Below the pieces are notes generated by a model that worked only from the letters and a program-made list of their open reading frames with translations, was not told the DNA's origin and did no database searches. The position numbers and the translations under genes are program-made. DNA of 64,000 bases from Candidatus Latescibacterota bacterium (GTDB lineage Bacteria > Latescibacterota > UBA2968 > GCA-2709665). This document shows positions 29,800-41,114 of the stretch, piece after piece. The stretch is taken from positions 5,376,001 to 5,440,000 of the forward strand of contig OZ241917.1 of the NCBI GenBank assembly GCA_965203805.1, written 5' to 3'. Every line of letters starts with the position of its first letter. Positions within the stretch are counted from its first letter, which is position 1.

Positions 29800-30855
29800 A
29801 TGTCCTATCAATCCAGGGAATCCAATCAGCCCGTATGGGATCGTCCTGTACTCGGCATCGAAACGTCGTGTGACGAAACGGCTGCCGCGGTCGTTGCCGG
29901 CGGCCGTATTCTGTCGAATATCATCTTTTCCCAGACGGAACACAGCCTGTACGGCGGCGTGGTTCCCGAACTGGCGTCGCGGAACCACGTGCGCAAGATC
30001 GTGCCGGTTGTACGCGAGGCCCTGGATCGGGCCGGAATCGGGCTGGATGACCTCGGCGGCATCGCGGTCACCCAGGGGCCCGGTCTCGTCGGATGCCTTC
30101 TCGTGGGTATCTCGGCCGCCAGGGGGATGGCGCTCGGAAGCGGCCTTCCGCTGATCGGCGTGCATCATATTGAGGGACATATCTTTGCGGGACTGCTGGC
30201 GGAACCCGGCCTGCGTCCGCCCTTTCTCGCCCTGGTGATTTCCGGCGGCCATACTCAGTTGATCCACGTGCGCCGGTGGGGCCTGTACGAAATCCGCGGC
30301 GAAACCAGGGACGACGCGGCAGGGGAAGCCTTTGACAAGGTCGCGAAGATGCTGGGCCTGCTGAAGGCCGGTGAAACGACCATGGGCGGGCCTGTCATTG
30401 CCGAACTGGCGGAACAGGGTGACGCCGACGCATTTGCGTTTCCGCGAGGGCTCCGGCATCGGGAGGGATTCGAGTTCAGCTTCAGCGGGATCAAGACATC
30501 GGTTCTGTACCACCTGAAGCGCCGGTCCGAAGCCGATGTGGCGGCGGAACGCGCGGACATTGCGGCCAGTTTTCAGGCCGCGGTTGTGGACGTTCTCGTG
30601 GAAAAGACCATCAAGGCCGCGAGCGCCCTGGGGTTGAGGCGGATTCTGCTTACCGGCGGCGTGGCGGCGAATCGGCGGTTGCGGGAAGAGATGCAGCGCG
30701 CCGCCCGCGGCTGCGGTGCAAAGGTCTGTTTTCCGCCGCCCGTCCTGTGTACCGACAACGCGGCGATGATCGCCTGCGCCGGAGGGTTCCGGTTGGGCAG
30801 AGGCGAGCGGTCGGAGCGGGGCCTCGATGCCGATCCGAGAATGAAGCTGGCCTGA
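29800..30855 (+). CDS. tsaD: tRNA N6-adenosine threonylcarbamoyltransferase
   Basis: LGIETSCDETAAA, GGVVPELASRNH, HHIEGH, SGGHT, DDAAGEAFDK, CTDNAAMIA. Confidence 0.96.
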   Translation: MSYQSRESNQPVWDRPVLGIETSCDETAAAVVAGGRILSNIIFSQTEHSLYGGVVPELASRNHVRKIVPVVREALDRAGIGLDDLGGIAVTQGPGLVGCLLVGISAARGMALGSGLPLIGVHHIEGHIFAGLLAEPGLRPPFLALVISGGHTQLIHVRRWGLYEIRGETRDDAAGEAFDKVAKMLGLLKAGETTMGGPVIAELAEQGDADAFAFPRGLRHREGFEFSFSGIKTSVLYHLKRRSEADVAAERADIAASFQAAVVDVLVEKTIKAASALGLRRILLTGGVAANRRLREEMQRAARGCGAKVCFPPPVLCTDNAAMIACAGGFRLGRGERSERGLDADPRMKLA

Positions 30856-30885
30856 CCCTGCCTCACGCCATACGATGATATCCCT

Positions 30886-33054
30886 ATGTTCCCGTTGTCA
30901 GATCTGGATCTGAGTTTGCGCGACGGATTGTGGCTGGGTCTGCTGGGACCGGTCTGTGTATACCTGGCCTGGCAGGCGTACCGCACCCGGAAACAGGAAT
31001 TCCCGTTGGTACGCTGGTTGCTGGTATTGCGGTGCACGGCGTTTCTTCTTCTGCTGGTGCTGATGATGGAACCCGTCCTCGCGCTCACGATGCGGCGCGA
31101 ACGCAAGCCGCTCCTGGCCGTACTGGTGGACGACAGCGAGAGCATGCGGATCGAGGACGGCGGGCGGACGCGCGGCGACCGTGCGATGGACCTCCTCAAG
31201 AGCGGTGTGTTCGAAGCGCTGGCGTCGCGCGCCCGGGTGGCCAGGTATCGCTTCTCCGAGTGGATGGCGCCCGTGCCGCCATCGAGCCTGGATTCCCTGC
31301 GCTTCAACGGGCGGGCAACGGACCTGGCCGCCGCGCTGAATATGCTGCGAGACGAGACGGCCGGCGAGGGACTGGCCGCTGCGGTTTTGATCTCCGACGG
31401 GGCGCACAACCTGGGGGCGAGGCCGGAAGTGGCCGCGCTCGCGCTGGGTGCGCCGGTCATTGCGGTGGGCGTGGGGAACGCGGACCCGCCGAAGGATGCG
31501 GCAATCGTGTCCGCCGTGTGCGATCCGATGGGTTACGTCGGGCGGCCGCTGTCGATTTCGGTGGGACTGAAGTCGAGCGGATTTGAAGGCGCAACGTCCC
31601 TGCTGGTTGTCCGGGAGAACGGGCGCCGGCTGGCGGAAGCGCCGGTCACGCTGGCGGACGGCGAGCAGGAGGTCCGCTTTACCGTATCGCCGGACAGGGC
31701 CGGTCGGGCCGTGTACGAAGTGCATCTCGCGGCGCAGCCGGCGGAACGCTCCAGGGCGAACAATACCGCCGTGGTGTCCGCGGAGGTTCTGGAGAACCGT
31801 CTGCGGGTTCTGATGGTTGCGGGTTCTCCAGGTGCGGACTTTGCCTATCTGCGCCGTTTGCTGGAGGCCGATGAGAATCTGCAGGTGGAGGTGCACATCG
31901 CCCGAAAGCCGGAGGAATGGCCCTACCGGATGCGGGCGGCGTTGGGCGATGCCGGTCAGTCGGAACTCGTCATCCTCTTCGATCTGCCCGGAGAGATGCT
32001 CCTTGGCGAGCCGGGCATTCGGCTGGCCGAATACGTGGAATCGGGAGGCGCGATGCTCGTGGTGGGCGGACGGGCGGGATTCAACGGGGCGTACGCGCGG
32101 TCGCCCGTAGCGCGGGTGCTGCCGGTCCGGTGTTCTCCGGACGCGAGTACGTATCGTGAGGCGTCACTCCGGCTGGAAGTGTCGCGGTCCGGCGCCTTGC
32201 ATCCGATTCTCAGGGTCTCGGACGACCCCCTTTCGGACCGGCGGGCCTGGAACGATCTTCCTCCGCTTCTGGCATGCAACCTGAATGAAGGACTTCGACC
32301 GAATGCCGAAGCCCTGATATTTCATCCGGTCGAACGCGCCGGCCTGGAAAAGATGCCGCTGGTTGCCGTGGGTCGCGCGGGCGCGGGCAAGGTGATGGCC
32401 GTGACGTTCAGGACGTTCTGGCGTCTCGGTCTCATGATGTGGGGCGTCGGCAGGAACGACAAGGTCTCGAAGGCGTTCTGGGCGAACTCGGTGCAGTGGC
32501 TGCTGAAGCGGGAGGACGTCGACCGCATACAGGTGGAAGTGGACAAACCGGTCTATCGCAGCGGTGCTCCGGTCACGTTCCACGCCCGTGTTTTCAATGA
32601 GTTGCTCCGGCCGCAGGAAGGCGCGCGCGTGTCGGTCTCTGTCGAGGACGGCGACCGCGTGCGGCACACGGTGTTGGACGATGAAGGCCAGGGTCGCTAC
32701 CGCGGGCAACTGAAAGCGGGCGCCCAGGGCGACTATGGATTTGAAGCGCGGGCCCGCATGGGCGACGTCGACCTCGGAAGCGGCGCCGGGCGGTTCACCG
32801 TGGGCCGGTACAGCCTGGAGTTTGAAGACATGCGAATGAACCGGGATCTTCTGGAGGGTCTGGCCGTGCAAAGCGGTGGCGTCTTCGCGCCGCCCGATCG
32901 CCTGAACGAGGTCCTGAACGAACTTGAACTGGCCCCCCAGCCGGTAGCCGAGGCGTACCGGACCCGGCTCTGGGGGAAACCCTGGCCGCTGTTCGTTCTC
33001 ATCCTGCTCCTTGGCGCGGAATGGACGGCCAGACGCATGCGGGGCATGATATGA
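30886..33054 (+). CDS. membrane-anchored vWA plus GATase1-like domain protein
   Basis: N-terminal TMs, LVDDSESM MIDAS, LISDG, YVESGGAMLVVGG, C-terminal TM with EW..RR. Confidence 0.75.
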   Translation: MFPLSDLDLSLRDGLWLGLLGPVCVYLAWQAYRTRKQEFPLVRWLLVLRCTAFLLLLVLMMEPVLALTMRRERKPLLAVLVDDSESMRIEDGGRTRGDRAMDLLKSGVFEALASRARVARYRFSEWMAPVPPSSLDSLRFNGRATDLAAALNMLRDETAGEGLAAAVLISDGAHNLGARPEVAALALGAPVIAVGVGNADPPKDAAIVSAVCDPMGYVGRPLSISVGLKSSGFEGATSLLVVRENGRRLAEAPVTLADGEQEVRFTVSPDRAGRAVYEVHLAAQPAERSRANNTAVVSAEVLENRLRVLMVAGSPGADFAYLRRLLEADENLQVEVHIARKPEEWPYRMRAALGDAGQSELVILFDLPGEMLLGEPGIRLAEYVESGGAMLVVGGRAGFNGAYARSPVARVLPVRCSPDASTYREASLRLEVSRSGALHPILRVSDDPLSDRRAWNDLPPLLACNLNEGLRPNAEALIFHPVERAGLEKMPLVAVGRAGAGKVMAVTFRTFWRLGLMMWGVGRNDKVSKAFWANSVQWLLKREDVDRIQVEVDKPVYRSGAPVTFHARVFNELLRPQEGARVSVSVEDGDRVRHTVLDDEGQGRYRGQLKAGAQGDYGFEARARMGDVDLGSGAGRFTVGRYSLEFEDMRMNRDLLEGLAVQSGGVFAPPDRLNEVLNELELAPQPVAEAYRTRLWGKPWPLFVLILLLGAEWTARRMRGMI

Positions 33055-34742
33055 ACGGGTTTGCGACACCTCGGACACCGTGGATTCGCAGCGGCGGATC
33101 CATTGCCGGCGGCTTCGTTGTGCTTCTTGCGGTGCTGATTTCATGGGGACCGGCCGAGGGTCGCGTGGTGATCAGCGAGGTGATGTTCGATCCGTCCGGC
33201 AGCGAGTTTTACGACGAATATATCGAGATTCAGAATACCGGCGACGGACCGGTGGATCTGGCGGGATGGAAAGCCGGAGACGGCGACGAGGCGGACGAAC
33301 TGGTCTTCGGGGGCGGCGGGTCCCTGCTGCAGCCCGGGGCATTCGGGCTGATTCTGGATGCCGGGTATTTCGCGAACTCGACCCGTTACGATCCGCTGCC
33401 CGCGGCGGCGCTGATCCTTACGGTCTCAGACGCCACACTCGGGAATTCCGGCCTGAGCAACTCGGCGCCGGAGCGGGTTGTGCTGGTTTCTTCGTCCGGC
33501 GATACCGTGGGCGCGATGGTCTACACCACGGGTAACAGACCGGGGTTTTCGGAAGAGAAAATCGACCCCGCGGGAGGCGACGGGCCGGATAACTGGACGG
33601 ATTCACGGTGGGAAGGAGGGACGCCGGGGCGCGCCAACAGCGTCAGCCCCAGGGACTACGACCTGGCGCTGGCGATGGTATCGGAATCGCCGTTTCCGGT
33701 ACCGGCCGGCGGGTCCCGCGATTTTGTTCTGGCGGTGGAAAACCGCGGTCGCCGGGCGGCATCGGTGTTTTCCGTGGCGGTTGAGGGAATCTCCGGTTGG
33801 CGCCGGGATTTCCCGGGCCTGGGACCGGCGGAAATCCTCCGGATCGAAGCGCCGATCGGAAACGTGCCGCCTGGACGGCACGAATACGCGGCCCGGGTCG
33901 CGTTCGATGCCGATGAGGACCCATCGAACAACCAGCTGACCTGGACGGTGCTTGGCGGAACCGGGCCCGGCGCCGCGGTCGTCAATGAAGTCATGGCTTC
34001 TCCGTTGGAAGGGGATCCGGAATGGGTGGAACTTCACAACCGTTCCGGGCAGGCGCTGGACCTGATCGCGTGGCGAATAGACGACGCGGCGTCCTCTGGC
34101 GGGACGTTCGGACGCGAACCCCTCCTGCTGGCGCCGGATGCGTACCTGGTGGTAACCGAAGACGTCGACCGGTTCTACAGCCGGTTCCCCGATCGGACCG
34201 TCCACGTTGTTGCGCCCGGGCGGTGGGCCCGCCTGAACAACAGCGGGGACGCCGTGGTCGTTCGGGATGCGACCGGCGGGGTTGTGGACAGGATGTCGTA
34301 CGACGAGGCGCCGGTCGAAGGGCGGTCGCTCGAACGGATATCGGGGTCGGGATCCGGGGATGACCCTCAGAACTGGTTGACGAGCACCCACCGGGACGGC
34401 GCGACGCCCGGCCGTGAAAACAGCGTGGCGCAGCGGAGCGGCATCGACGCCGTCCAGCTCCTTGCCGAGCCCAATCCCTTTTACGATCGGGTGGAAGTAC
34501 GCTACCTTCTTCCAGCCCCCCGCGCGCATGTGAATCTCTGGGTTTACGACCGGTCCGGCCACCCGGTCAAATCGCTCCTGAATGCCGCCGAGGGCGGAAG
34601 CCGGCGACGTGTGACGTGGGACGGGACGGGTGAGGACGGGGCGCCGTTGAAGCCGGGCATCTACATCTTATTTTTGGAGACTTCGGTGGAAGGCCGTATC
34701 TTTAGGACCAGAGCCCCTGTTGTGTTTGCGAGAGGACTTTAG
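33051..34742 (+). CDS. secreted lamin-tail-domain protein with C-terminal FlgD-Ig-like domain
   Basis: VVISEVMFDP..EYIEIQN and VVNEVM..EWVELHN (two LTDs), TPGRANS; PNPF...WDG..PGIY. Confidence 0.8.
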   Translation: MNGFATPRTPWIRSGGSIAGGFVVLLAVLISWGPAEGRVVISEVMFDPSGSEFYDEYIEIQNTGDGPVDLAGWKAGDGDEADELVFGGGGSLLQPGAFGLILDAGYFANSTRYDPLPAAALILTVSDATLGNSGLSNSAPERVVLVSSSGDTVGAMVYTTGNRPGFSEEKIDPAGGDGPDNWTDSRWEGGTPGRANSVSPRDYDLALAMVSESPFPVPAGGSRDFVLAVENRGRRAASVFSVAVEGISGWRRDFPGLGPAEILRIEAPIGNVPPGRHEYAARVAFDADEDPSNNQLTWTVLGGTGPGAAVVNEVMASPLEGDPEWVELHNRSGQALDLIAWRIDDAASSGGTFGREPLLLAPDAYLVVTEDVDRFYSRFPDRTVHVVAPGRWARLNNSGDAVVVRDATGGVVDRMSYDEAPVEGRSLERISGSGSGDDPQNWLTSTHRDGATPGRENSVAQRSGIDAVQLLAEPNPFYDRVEVRYLLPAPRAHVNLWVYDRSGHPVKSLLNAAEGGSRRRVTWDGTGEDGAPLKPGIYILFLETSVEGRIFRTRAPVVFARGL

Positions 34743-34901
34743 CGTCGCAGCCTGCAGGACCGGCCAGTCCCCTGCGCCGGCGTCTCGGTAGCCGATTCGG
34801 GATTTCCCGTGCGCTCCTGATCCCGCGAACGGGTGTCGTTCAGGAGCGGCCCGCGCATTCTCTCTCCCCCTGGACGCGACAAGACAAGGGTGGACCTTAA
34901 T

Positions 34902-37256
34902 ATGAGAAAGGAACCGTACGAAGTCATCGGCGAACAGGAAGATAAGCCGGATCTGGTCAATCAGATCTGCGGGGTGCTGTTATTTGCGGTCGCGCTGTTG
35001 ATGGCGGTAAGCCTGGCTACGCATTCCCCGCAGGATCCACCGAATTCGGGCCGTGCGCCGGAGCTGACGGAGAACATGGCGGGGTGGATCGGCAGCCAGG
35101 TTTCCTACTATCTTTTGTTTGCGGTCGGCCATTGCGCCTACGTGCTGGTCGCCATCGTCCTGATGTGGGGTTGGAATCGCTTCAGAGACCAGCCCGCACT
35201 GCCTCTTGTCTCCCGCAGCCTGGTGTTGCTGGCCCTGGTGGTGGTTTATTGCGGCGCGACGGGCGTGCCTTCGCGAGGGGAGAGCCACCTTTCGTTCCTG
35301 ATGGGCGGGTGGCTGGGCGTTACCCTGGCGTCCGGGACACTGGTCCCCTATCTGGGTTTCGTCGGGTCGTACATTCTGCTGAGCGCCCTGTTTATCGTGT
35401 TCTTCATGCTCCTGACAGGCCTTCGTTTTTCCCGGATTCCGGACTTGTGGGCGGCGCGCGCAAAGAGAAACCGGACCGGAGCGAACGGCGAGGCCGCATC
35501 CCTGCACCGGGAACCGGCGCGCAGCGAGGAAACCCGGGAAACGGAGTGGACGCAACCCGTCCTGCCGCCGCAGGAGGACGACCCCTGGAACGAGGCCGGG
35601 CCGGAACCCGTGGTCGCACCCGAAGAAACGACCCCCGAACCGTTTCCCGCTTACGACGACGATGCGGATGAACCGGAAGAGGAACCGGCGCCGTCTCTCG
35701 ATCCCGACATCGTTGCAGACCCCGTGGAAATTACCCCCGCGTCCCCTGCGAAGCGGACTGTGGAGACGACGGGAGCCGAAGACGTCGAGTACCGGCTGCC
35801 TGACCCGGAACTGCTGAACGAGCCCGCGCAAACGGAAGAGGGACCCGACCGGTCGGATCTGCTGGAAGGGGCGCAGACCCTCGAACACAGCCTCACCAGT
35901 TTCGGGATCGAAGGCAAGGTGGTTCAGGTGAATCCGGGTCCTGTCATCACCGGATACGAAGTGCAGCCGCCGCGCGGGGTGAAGGTGAACCGCATTGTCA
36001 ATCTTTCGGACGACCTCGCGCTGGTGATGAAGGCGCGAAGTATCCGCATACAGGCGCCGATTCCCGGCAAAGCGGCGGTGGGAATCGAGGTGCCGAATGC
36101 GAATCCTTCAACCGTCTTCCTGCGGGAGATTCTGGAATCCGACGCCTTTCATGGCGCCGAAGACAGGCTGATGCTGGCGCTGGGCAAGTCCGCCACCGGA
36201 GAGTCCGTCTGCACCAGCCTGGCTTCCATGCCCCACCTGTTGATCGCCGGCGCGACGGGCAGCGGGAAGTCGGTATGCATCAACGTGCTGATCACCAGCA
36301 TACTCATGCGGTGCCGACCCGATGAGGTCCGTTTCATCATGGTGGACCCGAAGATGCTGGAACTGTCGATCTACAACAGCATTCCGCATCTGCTGGCGCC
36401 GGTGGTCACGGAACCTCAAAAGGCTTCCGAAGCGTTGCGGTGGACGGTGGCGGAGATGGAAGACCGCTATCGAAACCTGGCTCAGTACAACGTCCGGAAC
36501 ATCATGGACTTCAACGACAAACTGGAGAAGATGCGGGCGGAGGCGGACACCGAAGAAGACCGTCGTGAGGTTGCCTCGAAGTTGCCTTATATCGTGGTTG
36601 TGGTCGACGAACTCGCGGACCTGATGATGACGGCGCCGGCGGATATCGAAGATTCGCTGGCCCGGCTGGCGCAGATGGCCCGCGCGGTGGGTATCCATCT
36701 CATCCTGGCGACGCAGCGGCCGTCTGTCAATGTCATCACCGGAACGATCAAGGCGAACTTCCCGTCGCGCATCGCGTTTCGCGTGGCATCGAAAGTGGAT
36801 TCACGCACCATTCTGGACTGCAACGGCGCCGAGAAGCTCCTGGGCCGCGGCGATATGCTGTTCATGCCCGCGGGCAAACCGGAACCCGTGCGCGTTCACG
36901 GCGCCAACATGACAACCGAGGAGACCGAACGCCTGGTGGAGTGGGTAAGCGGACAGGGCGTGGATCTGGAACAGCTGGATCTGGGCGTGGACGAAAACGA
37001 ACTGATGCTTGCCGAAGGGACCCGCGACAAACGGTTCGACGAGGCGCTGCGCCTGGTCGTTACGCACCAGCAGGGTTCGGCCTCGCTGCTGCAGCGCCGC
37101 ATGAAGGTGGGGTACGCCCGCGCCGCGCGTCTGGTCGATGAACTGGAGCAGGCCGGCATCGTCGCGCCGTCGGACGGCAGCAGCAAGGGGCGGGAGGTGC
37201 TGGTGGGCATCGAGTATCTGGACCGGCACGACGAGGACGATCCCGGTGCGGTATGA
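34902..37256 (+). CDS. ftsK: DNA translocase FtsK
   Basis: 4-TM N-domain, MPHLLIAGATGSGKS, VVDELADLM, ATQRPS, gamma domain LQRRMKVGYARAAR. Confidence 0.95.
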   Translation: MRKEPYEVIGEQEDKPDLVNQICGVLLFAVALLMAVSLATHSPQDPPNSGRAPELTENMAGWIGSQVSYYLLFAVGHCAYVLVAIVLMWGWNRFRDQPALPLVSRSLVLLALVVVYCGATGVPSRGESHLSFLMGGWLGVTLASGTLVPYLGFVGSYILLSALFIVFFMLLTGLRFSRIPDLWAARAKRNRTGANGEAASLHREPARSEETRETEWTQPVLPPQEDDPWNEAGPEPVVAPEETTPEPFPAYDDDADEPEEEPAPSLDPDIVADPVEITPASPAKRTVETTGAEDVEYRLPDPELLNEPAQTEEGPDRSDLLEGAQTLEHSLTSFGIEGKVVQVNPGPVITGYEVQPPRGVKVNRIVNLSDDLALVMKARSIRIQAPIPGKAAVGIEVPNANPSTVFLREILESDAFHGAEDRLMLALGKSATGESVCTSLASMPHLLIAGATGSGKSVCINVLITSILMRCRPDEVRFIMVDPKMLELSIYNSIPHLLAPVVTEPQKASEALRWTVAEMEDRYRNLAQYNVRNIMDFNDKLEKMRAEADTEEDRREVASKLPYIVVVVDELADLMMTAPADIEDSLARLAQMARAVGIHLILATQRPSVNVITGTIKANFPSRIAFRVASKVDSRTILDCNGAEKLLGRGDMLFMPAGKPEPVRVHGANMTTEETERLVEWVSGQGVDLEQLDLGVDENELMLAEGTRDKRFDEALRLVVTHQQGSASLLQRRMKVGYARAARLVDELEQAGIVAPSDGSSKGREVLVGIEYLDRHDEDDPGAV

Positions 37257-37345
37257 ATGCCGAGTGGCGAACGGCGAAGGGCGGAGCCCGGAGGGCGAGG
37301 GCGCGTACGGTGATCCCGCCAGGCAGTTTACTCGAGGGAAGGCGC

Positions 37346-38005
37346 ATGACCGTCGGCTGGCTTAAATTTCTGTTTTTCGCGTGCGCGGTTCTGTCGCCCG
37401 GGGACGCGCGGGGCATCGACGGCCGCGAGGTGATTCGCAGGCAACAGCAGCGGTACGAGAAGCTTACGAGCATCAGCGCCCGGTTCAGGAAAAGCCACTA
37501 CTGGAAGCTCGTCGATCAGAAAACGGAACTGGGCGGCAGCCTCTACGTCCGGAAACCGAATCAGTTCCGCTTCGAGACACGGGTCCAGACGGTGGTGTCC
37601 GATGGAGAAAGCGCCTGGAACTACACGCCGGAGAACGAACAGGTACTGCTGAGCAGCTACGATCGGGCAACGGGCGACAGGAGCTATGAGAAGCTGCTCT
37701 TCGATCTCATTCTGCTGGGAGGGTACGAGTCGCGCTACGACCCGCGGCTTGCCGGAGAGGAGCGCGTTGACGGGAGGCGCTGTTACCGCGTGGAATTGAC
37801 GGCCCGGGAGGAAGAGAGTTATATTTCACGTATTCGTCTGTGGATAGACAGAAAGCTCTGGCTGGTCCGCCGGGCGGAGTACCTGAATCTGAACGACGAT
37901 GTAACCACGTACGAAATCTCACGATTGAAGGTGGACGGGAAGTTGAAACCGGCTCTGTTCACATTCGTGCCGCCAGACGGTGTCGAAGTGATTGATCTCA
38001 GGTAA
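37346..38005 (+). CDS. lolA: outer-membrane lipoprotein carrier LolA-like
   Basis: signal peptide, KPNQFR..VVSDGESAWNY, FTFVPPDGVEVID; directly after ftsK; alternative start 37253. Confidence 0.8.
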   Translation: MTVGWLKFLFFACAVLSPGDARGIDGREVIRRQQQRYEKLTSISARFRKSHYWKLVDQKTELGGSLYVRKPNQFRFETRVQTVVSDGESAWNYTPENEQVLLSSYDRATGDRSYEKLLFDLILLGGYESRYDPRLAGEERVDGRRCYRVELTAREEESYISRIRLWIDRKLWLVRRAEYLNLNDDVTTYEISRLKVDGKLKPALFTFVPPDGVEVIDLR

Positions 38006-38050
38006 ATAAGAGGTCTGGCTCTGTTCTGTCACTGAAAGGAGTTGTCGGTT

Positions 38051-39167
38051 ATGGCTGTCGATCTGCAGTTTACCGATTTGAAAACCGGGTTGGCCGAGAG
38101 CCGCGACCGGATGGAAAACCTCCGGAGGTTTCTTTGACCTGGAAACCCGGGAAGCCCGGATCGCCGAACTCGAAAGGTCCATGGAGCGACCGGGATTCTG
38201 GGACGATCGGGAACGCGCCAGGCAGACCATCGATGAAGTGAATGGCCACAAAGATTGGGCAACCGGGTGGCGCGGGCTGGATGAGCGGCTCATGGAACTG
38301 GAGGAGTTGTACGATCTTGCCCGTGAAGAGAAGGACGACGAGACGCTGCGGGACCTTCGCCGGGAACACGGGGCTCTGGGTGCGGCGCTTGAAGAGCTTG
38401 AATTCCGGCATATGATGGGCGAAAAGGAGGATCGCCTGGATGCCATCCTGGCGATCCATCCCGGCGCCGGCGGCACGGAATCGGCCGACTGGGCGCAGAT
38501 GCTGATGAGGATGTACAGCCGTTGGGCAGAACGCCGCGGTTTCCGGGCGGACGTGCTGGACCTTCTTCCGGGGGAGACGGCGGGCATCAAGAGCGTGGTC
38601 ATCGAGATGAAGGGAGAATACGCGTACGGATACCTCAAATCTGAAATGGGGGTACACCGGCTGGTTCGCCTTTCGCCGTTCGATTCCGGCCGCCGGCGCC
38701 ATACATCCTTCGCGTCGGTATCCGTTTATCCCGAGGCGGAGGGCGATATCGAGGTGGAAATCCAGCCGGAGGATATCCGCGTGGATACCTACCGGTCCAG
38801 CGGGGCGGGCGGGCAGCACGTGAACAAGACCGACTCGGCCGTACGGATCACGCACTTTCCTACGGGCATCGTGGTTCAGTGTCAGAACGAACGTTCGCAG
38901 CACAAGAACCGGAACTCCGCCATGAAGATTCTCAAAGCCAGGCTGTACCAGCACTACAGGGAGGAGGAAGAGAAGGCCCGCGCGGAGATTGAGAAGGACA
39001 AGAAGAAGATCGAGTTCGGAAGCCAGGTCCGCAACTACGTGCTCCATCCCTATCAGCTCGTCAAAGACCTCCGGACCGGGTTCGAGACATCGGGTGTTCA
39101 GGGCGTCATGGACGGGGACCTGGACGGCTTCATGCGGGCGTTTCTGGAACAGAAGGGAGAGGCGTAA
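38051..39167 (+). CDS. prfB: peptide chain release factor 2 (programmed +1 frameshift)
   Basis: ATG 38051; GGAGG at 38124 then CTT-TGA-C at 38132-38138; SPF and GGQ motifs. Confidence 0.96.
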
Positions 39168-39184
39168 CCTGCGGGGCAAAGGGC

Positions 39185-39213
39185 TTGACTTGCCCACATG
39201 TATTGATTATGTT
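39185..39213 (+). promoter_or_regulatory. sigma70 promoter upstream of lysS
   Basis: TTGACT-17-TATGTT. Confidence 0.5.
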
Positions 39214-39569
39214 ATTTTCGATTGCTTAATCCGGCGCTGGTGGGGATTTTTTGATATCGGGACACTGCTGTCCAAGAACCGTCGGATTCTCAGAGATAAG
39301 GTTCGAAATATAGCTTCAATTGGCGATTTTGGACGGGTTTGACCCGGAAAATGAAAACCAGGTTGCCATCGTCTGCGCAATGCTGTCCAAGAACAAAGTG
39401 ACTCATCCAGTGGCCATAATCGTGCTGTTCCCGTCTCATTAAGCCCGTGAAATAGGCACTTTTTGAAACTCACGCTACCTTGGTCGAAGCGCTGCTTCGC
39501 GGAAGTGAACCAGATGCTGTCCAAGACAGAAATCGATTTTGGACAGGTGTGATATCGGGAGGAATCCGT

Positions 39570-41114
39570 TTGGCTCAGGAAGGGGCGTCTTCCGCCCCGG
39601 AGACGCAACTGGTTGCCCAGCGTTTGCAGAAGCTGGCGTCGATACGGGAAATGGGCGTGGAGCCCTATCCGTACCGGTTCGAAGTGACCCATCGCTCCGG
39701 GGAAATAAGGGAGGCGTTTCAAACGCTCGAAGCGGACGGGCGGAACGTGTCGGTGGCGGGGCGGCTCATGGCCAGACGGGACCATGGCCGGTCGGCCTTT
39801 GCCGATCTCCTGGACGAAACGGGTCGGATTCAGATCTACGTAAGACGGGATGCGGTGGGCGAAGCGGCGTTCGATCTTTGGAAATTGCTCGATATTGGAG
39901 ATTTCGTCGGCGTCGAGGGGCCGGTATTCCGGACCCGTTCTGGCGAGATGACGGTGAAGGCGCAGGCTTTCGAAATGCTTTCCAAGGCCGTGCGGCCGTT
40001 GCCCGTGCCAAAGGAAGAGGTGATAGACGGCGAGAAGGTTGTCCACGATGCCTTCAGCGATCCTGAACTGCGATACCGCCGCCGTTACCTGGACCTGACG
40101 TTGAATCCGGAAGTAAAGGACGTGTTCCGGAAGCGGACGGAGACCTTTTCGGCCATTCGCGATTTTTTCGACGCGAGGGGTTTCCTGGAAGCCGACACGC
40201 CCGTTCTGCAGCCGCTGTACGGCGGCGCCTCCGCGCGGCCGTTTACAACGCATCACAATGCGCTGGATATGAAGCTCTATCTGCGGATCTCGAACGAGCT
40301 CTATCTGAAGCGCCTGATTGTCGGCGGATTTGAAAAGGTCTACGAATTCAGCCGGGATTTCCGCAACGAGGGCATCGATCGTACGCACAATCCCGAATTC
40401 ACCATGCTGGAGGCCTACCAGGCATACGCCGACTACAACGACATGATGTCGCTGACCGAGTCGCTGTTTGCTTCGGTCGCCAGGTCGGTTACGGGCGCGA
40501 GCACGGTTGTCTATCAGGGAACGGAGATCGACCTCAGCCCTCCGTGGCGGCGGTTGACCCTTCTGGATGCCATTGCGGAGTACGGCAACGTTCACGTGGC
40601 CGACGCGTCGGTTGAAGCGTTGAGGGAGGTCTGCCGAAGCCTCGGACTCGAGGTCGATAACGTTGCGCAGCGCGGACATCTGATGGATGAGATTTTCGAG
40701 GCGGTCGCACAGCCGCACCTGATTCAACCCACGTTTATTACGGATTATCCCGTGGAAATGTCGCCGCTGGCCAAGCGGCACCGGGAAAACCCCGAGCTGA
40801 CGGAACGGTTCGAGCCGTTCATCTGCGGTTGGGAGGCGGCCAACGCGTTTTCCGAACTCAACGATCCGATCGACCAGCGCAAGCGTTTCGAACACCAGGC
40901 CTCGCTGCTGGAGAGCGGGGATGAAGAGGCACAGGTTCTCGACGCCGATTTCCTGAGGGCAATGGAATATGGCATGCCGCCTACGGGCGGGCTGGGTTTT
41001 GGCGTGGACCGGCTCGTGATGCTCCTCACCAACGCGCGTTCCATCCGGGACGTCATCCTGTTCCCTCACATGCGTCCCGAGGAGGGCCGTCCGGAGACAG
41101 ACGGCGATGCGTAG
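39570..41114 (+). CDS. lysS: lysine--tRNA ligase (class II)
   Basis: GGAGG then TTG start; YRRRYLDL, YGGASARPF, FRNEGIDRTHNPEF, GMPPTGGLGFGVDRL. Confidence 0.97.
   Translation: MAQEGASSAPETQLVAQRLQKLASIREMGVEPYPYRFEVTHRSGEIREAFQTLEADGRNVSVAGRLMARRDHGRSAFADLLDETGRIQIYVRRDAVGEAAFDLWKLLDIGDFVGVEGPVFRTRSGEMTVKAQAFEMLSKAVRPLPVPKEEVIDGEKVVHDAFSDPELRYRRRYLDLTLNPEVKDVFRKRTETFSAIRDFFDARGFLEADTPVLQPLYGGASARPFTTHHNALDMKLYLRISNELYLKRLIVGGFEKVYEFSRDFRNEGIDRTHNPEFTMLEAYQAYADYNDMMSLTESLFASVARSVTGASTVVYQGTEIDLSPPWRRLTLLDAIAEYGNVHVADASVEALREVCRSLGLEVDNVAQRGHLMDEIFEAVAQPHLIQPTFITDYPVEMSPLAKRHRENPELTERFEPFICGWEAANAFSELNDPIDQRKRFEHQASLLESGDEEAQVLDADFLRAMEYGMPPTGGLGFGVDRLVMLLTNARSIRDVILFPHMRPEEGRPETDGDA

Noticed and set aside
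39214-39569. Lysine riboswitch or T-box in the long lysS leader
   Set aside because: No recognisable consensus or terminator could be identified by eye.
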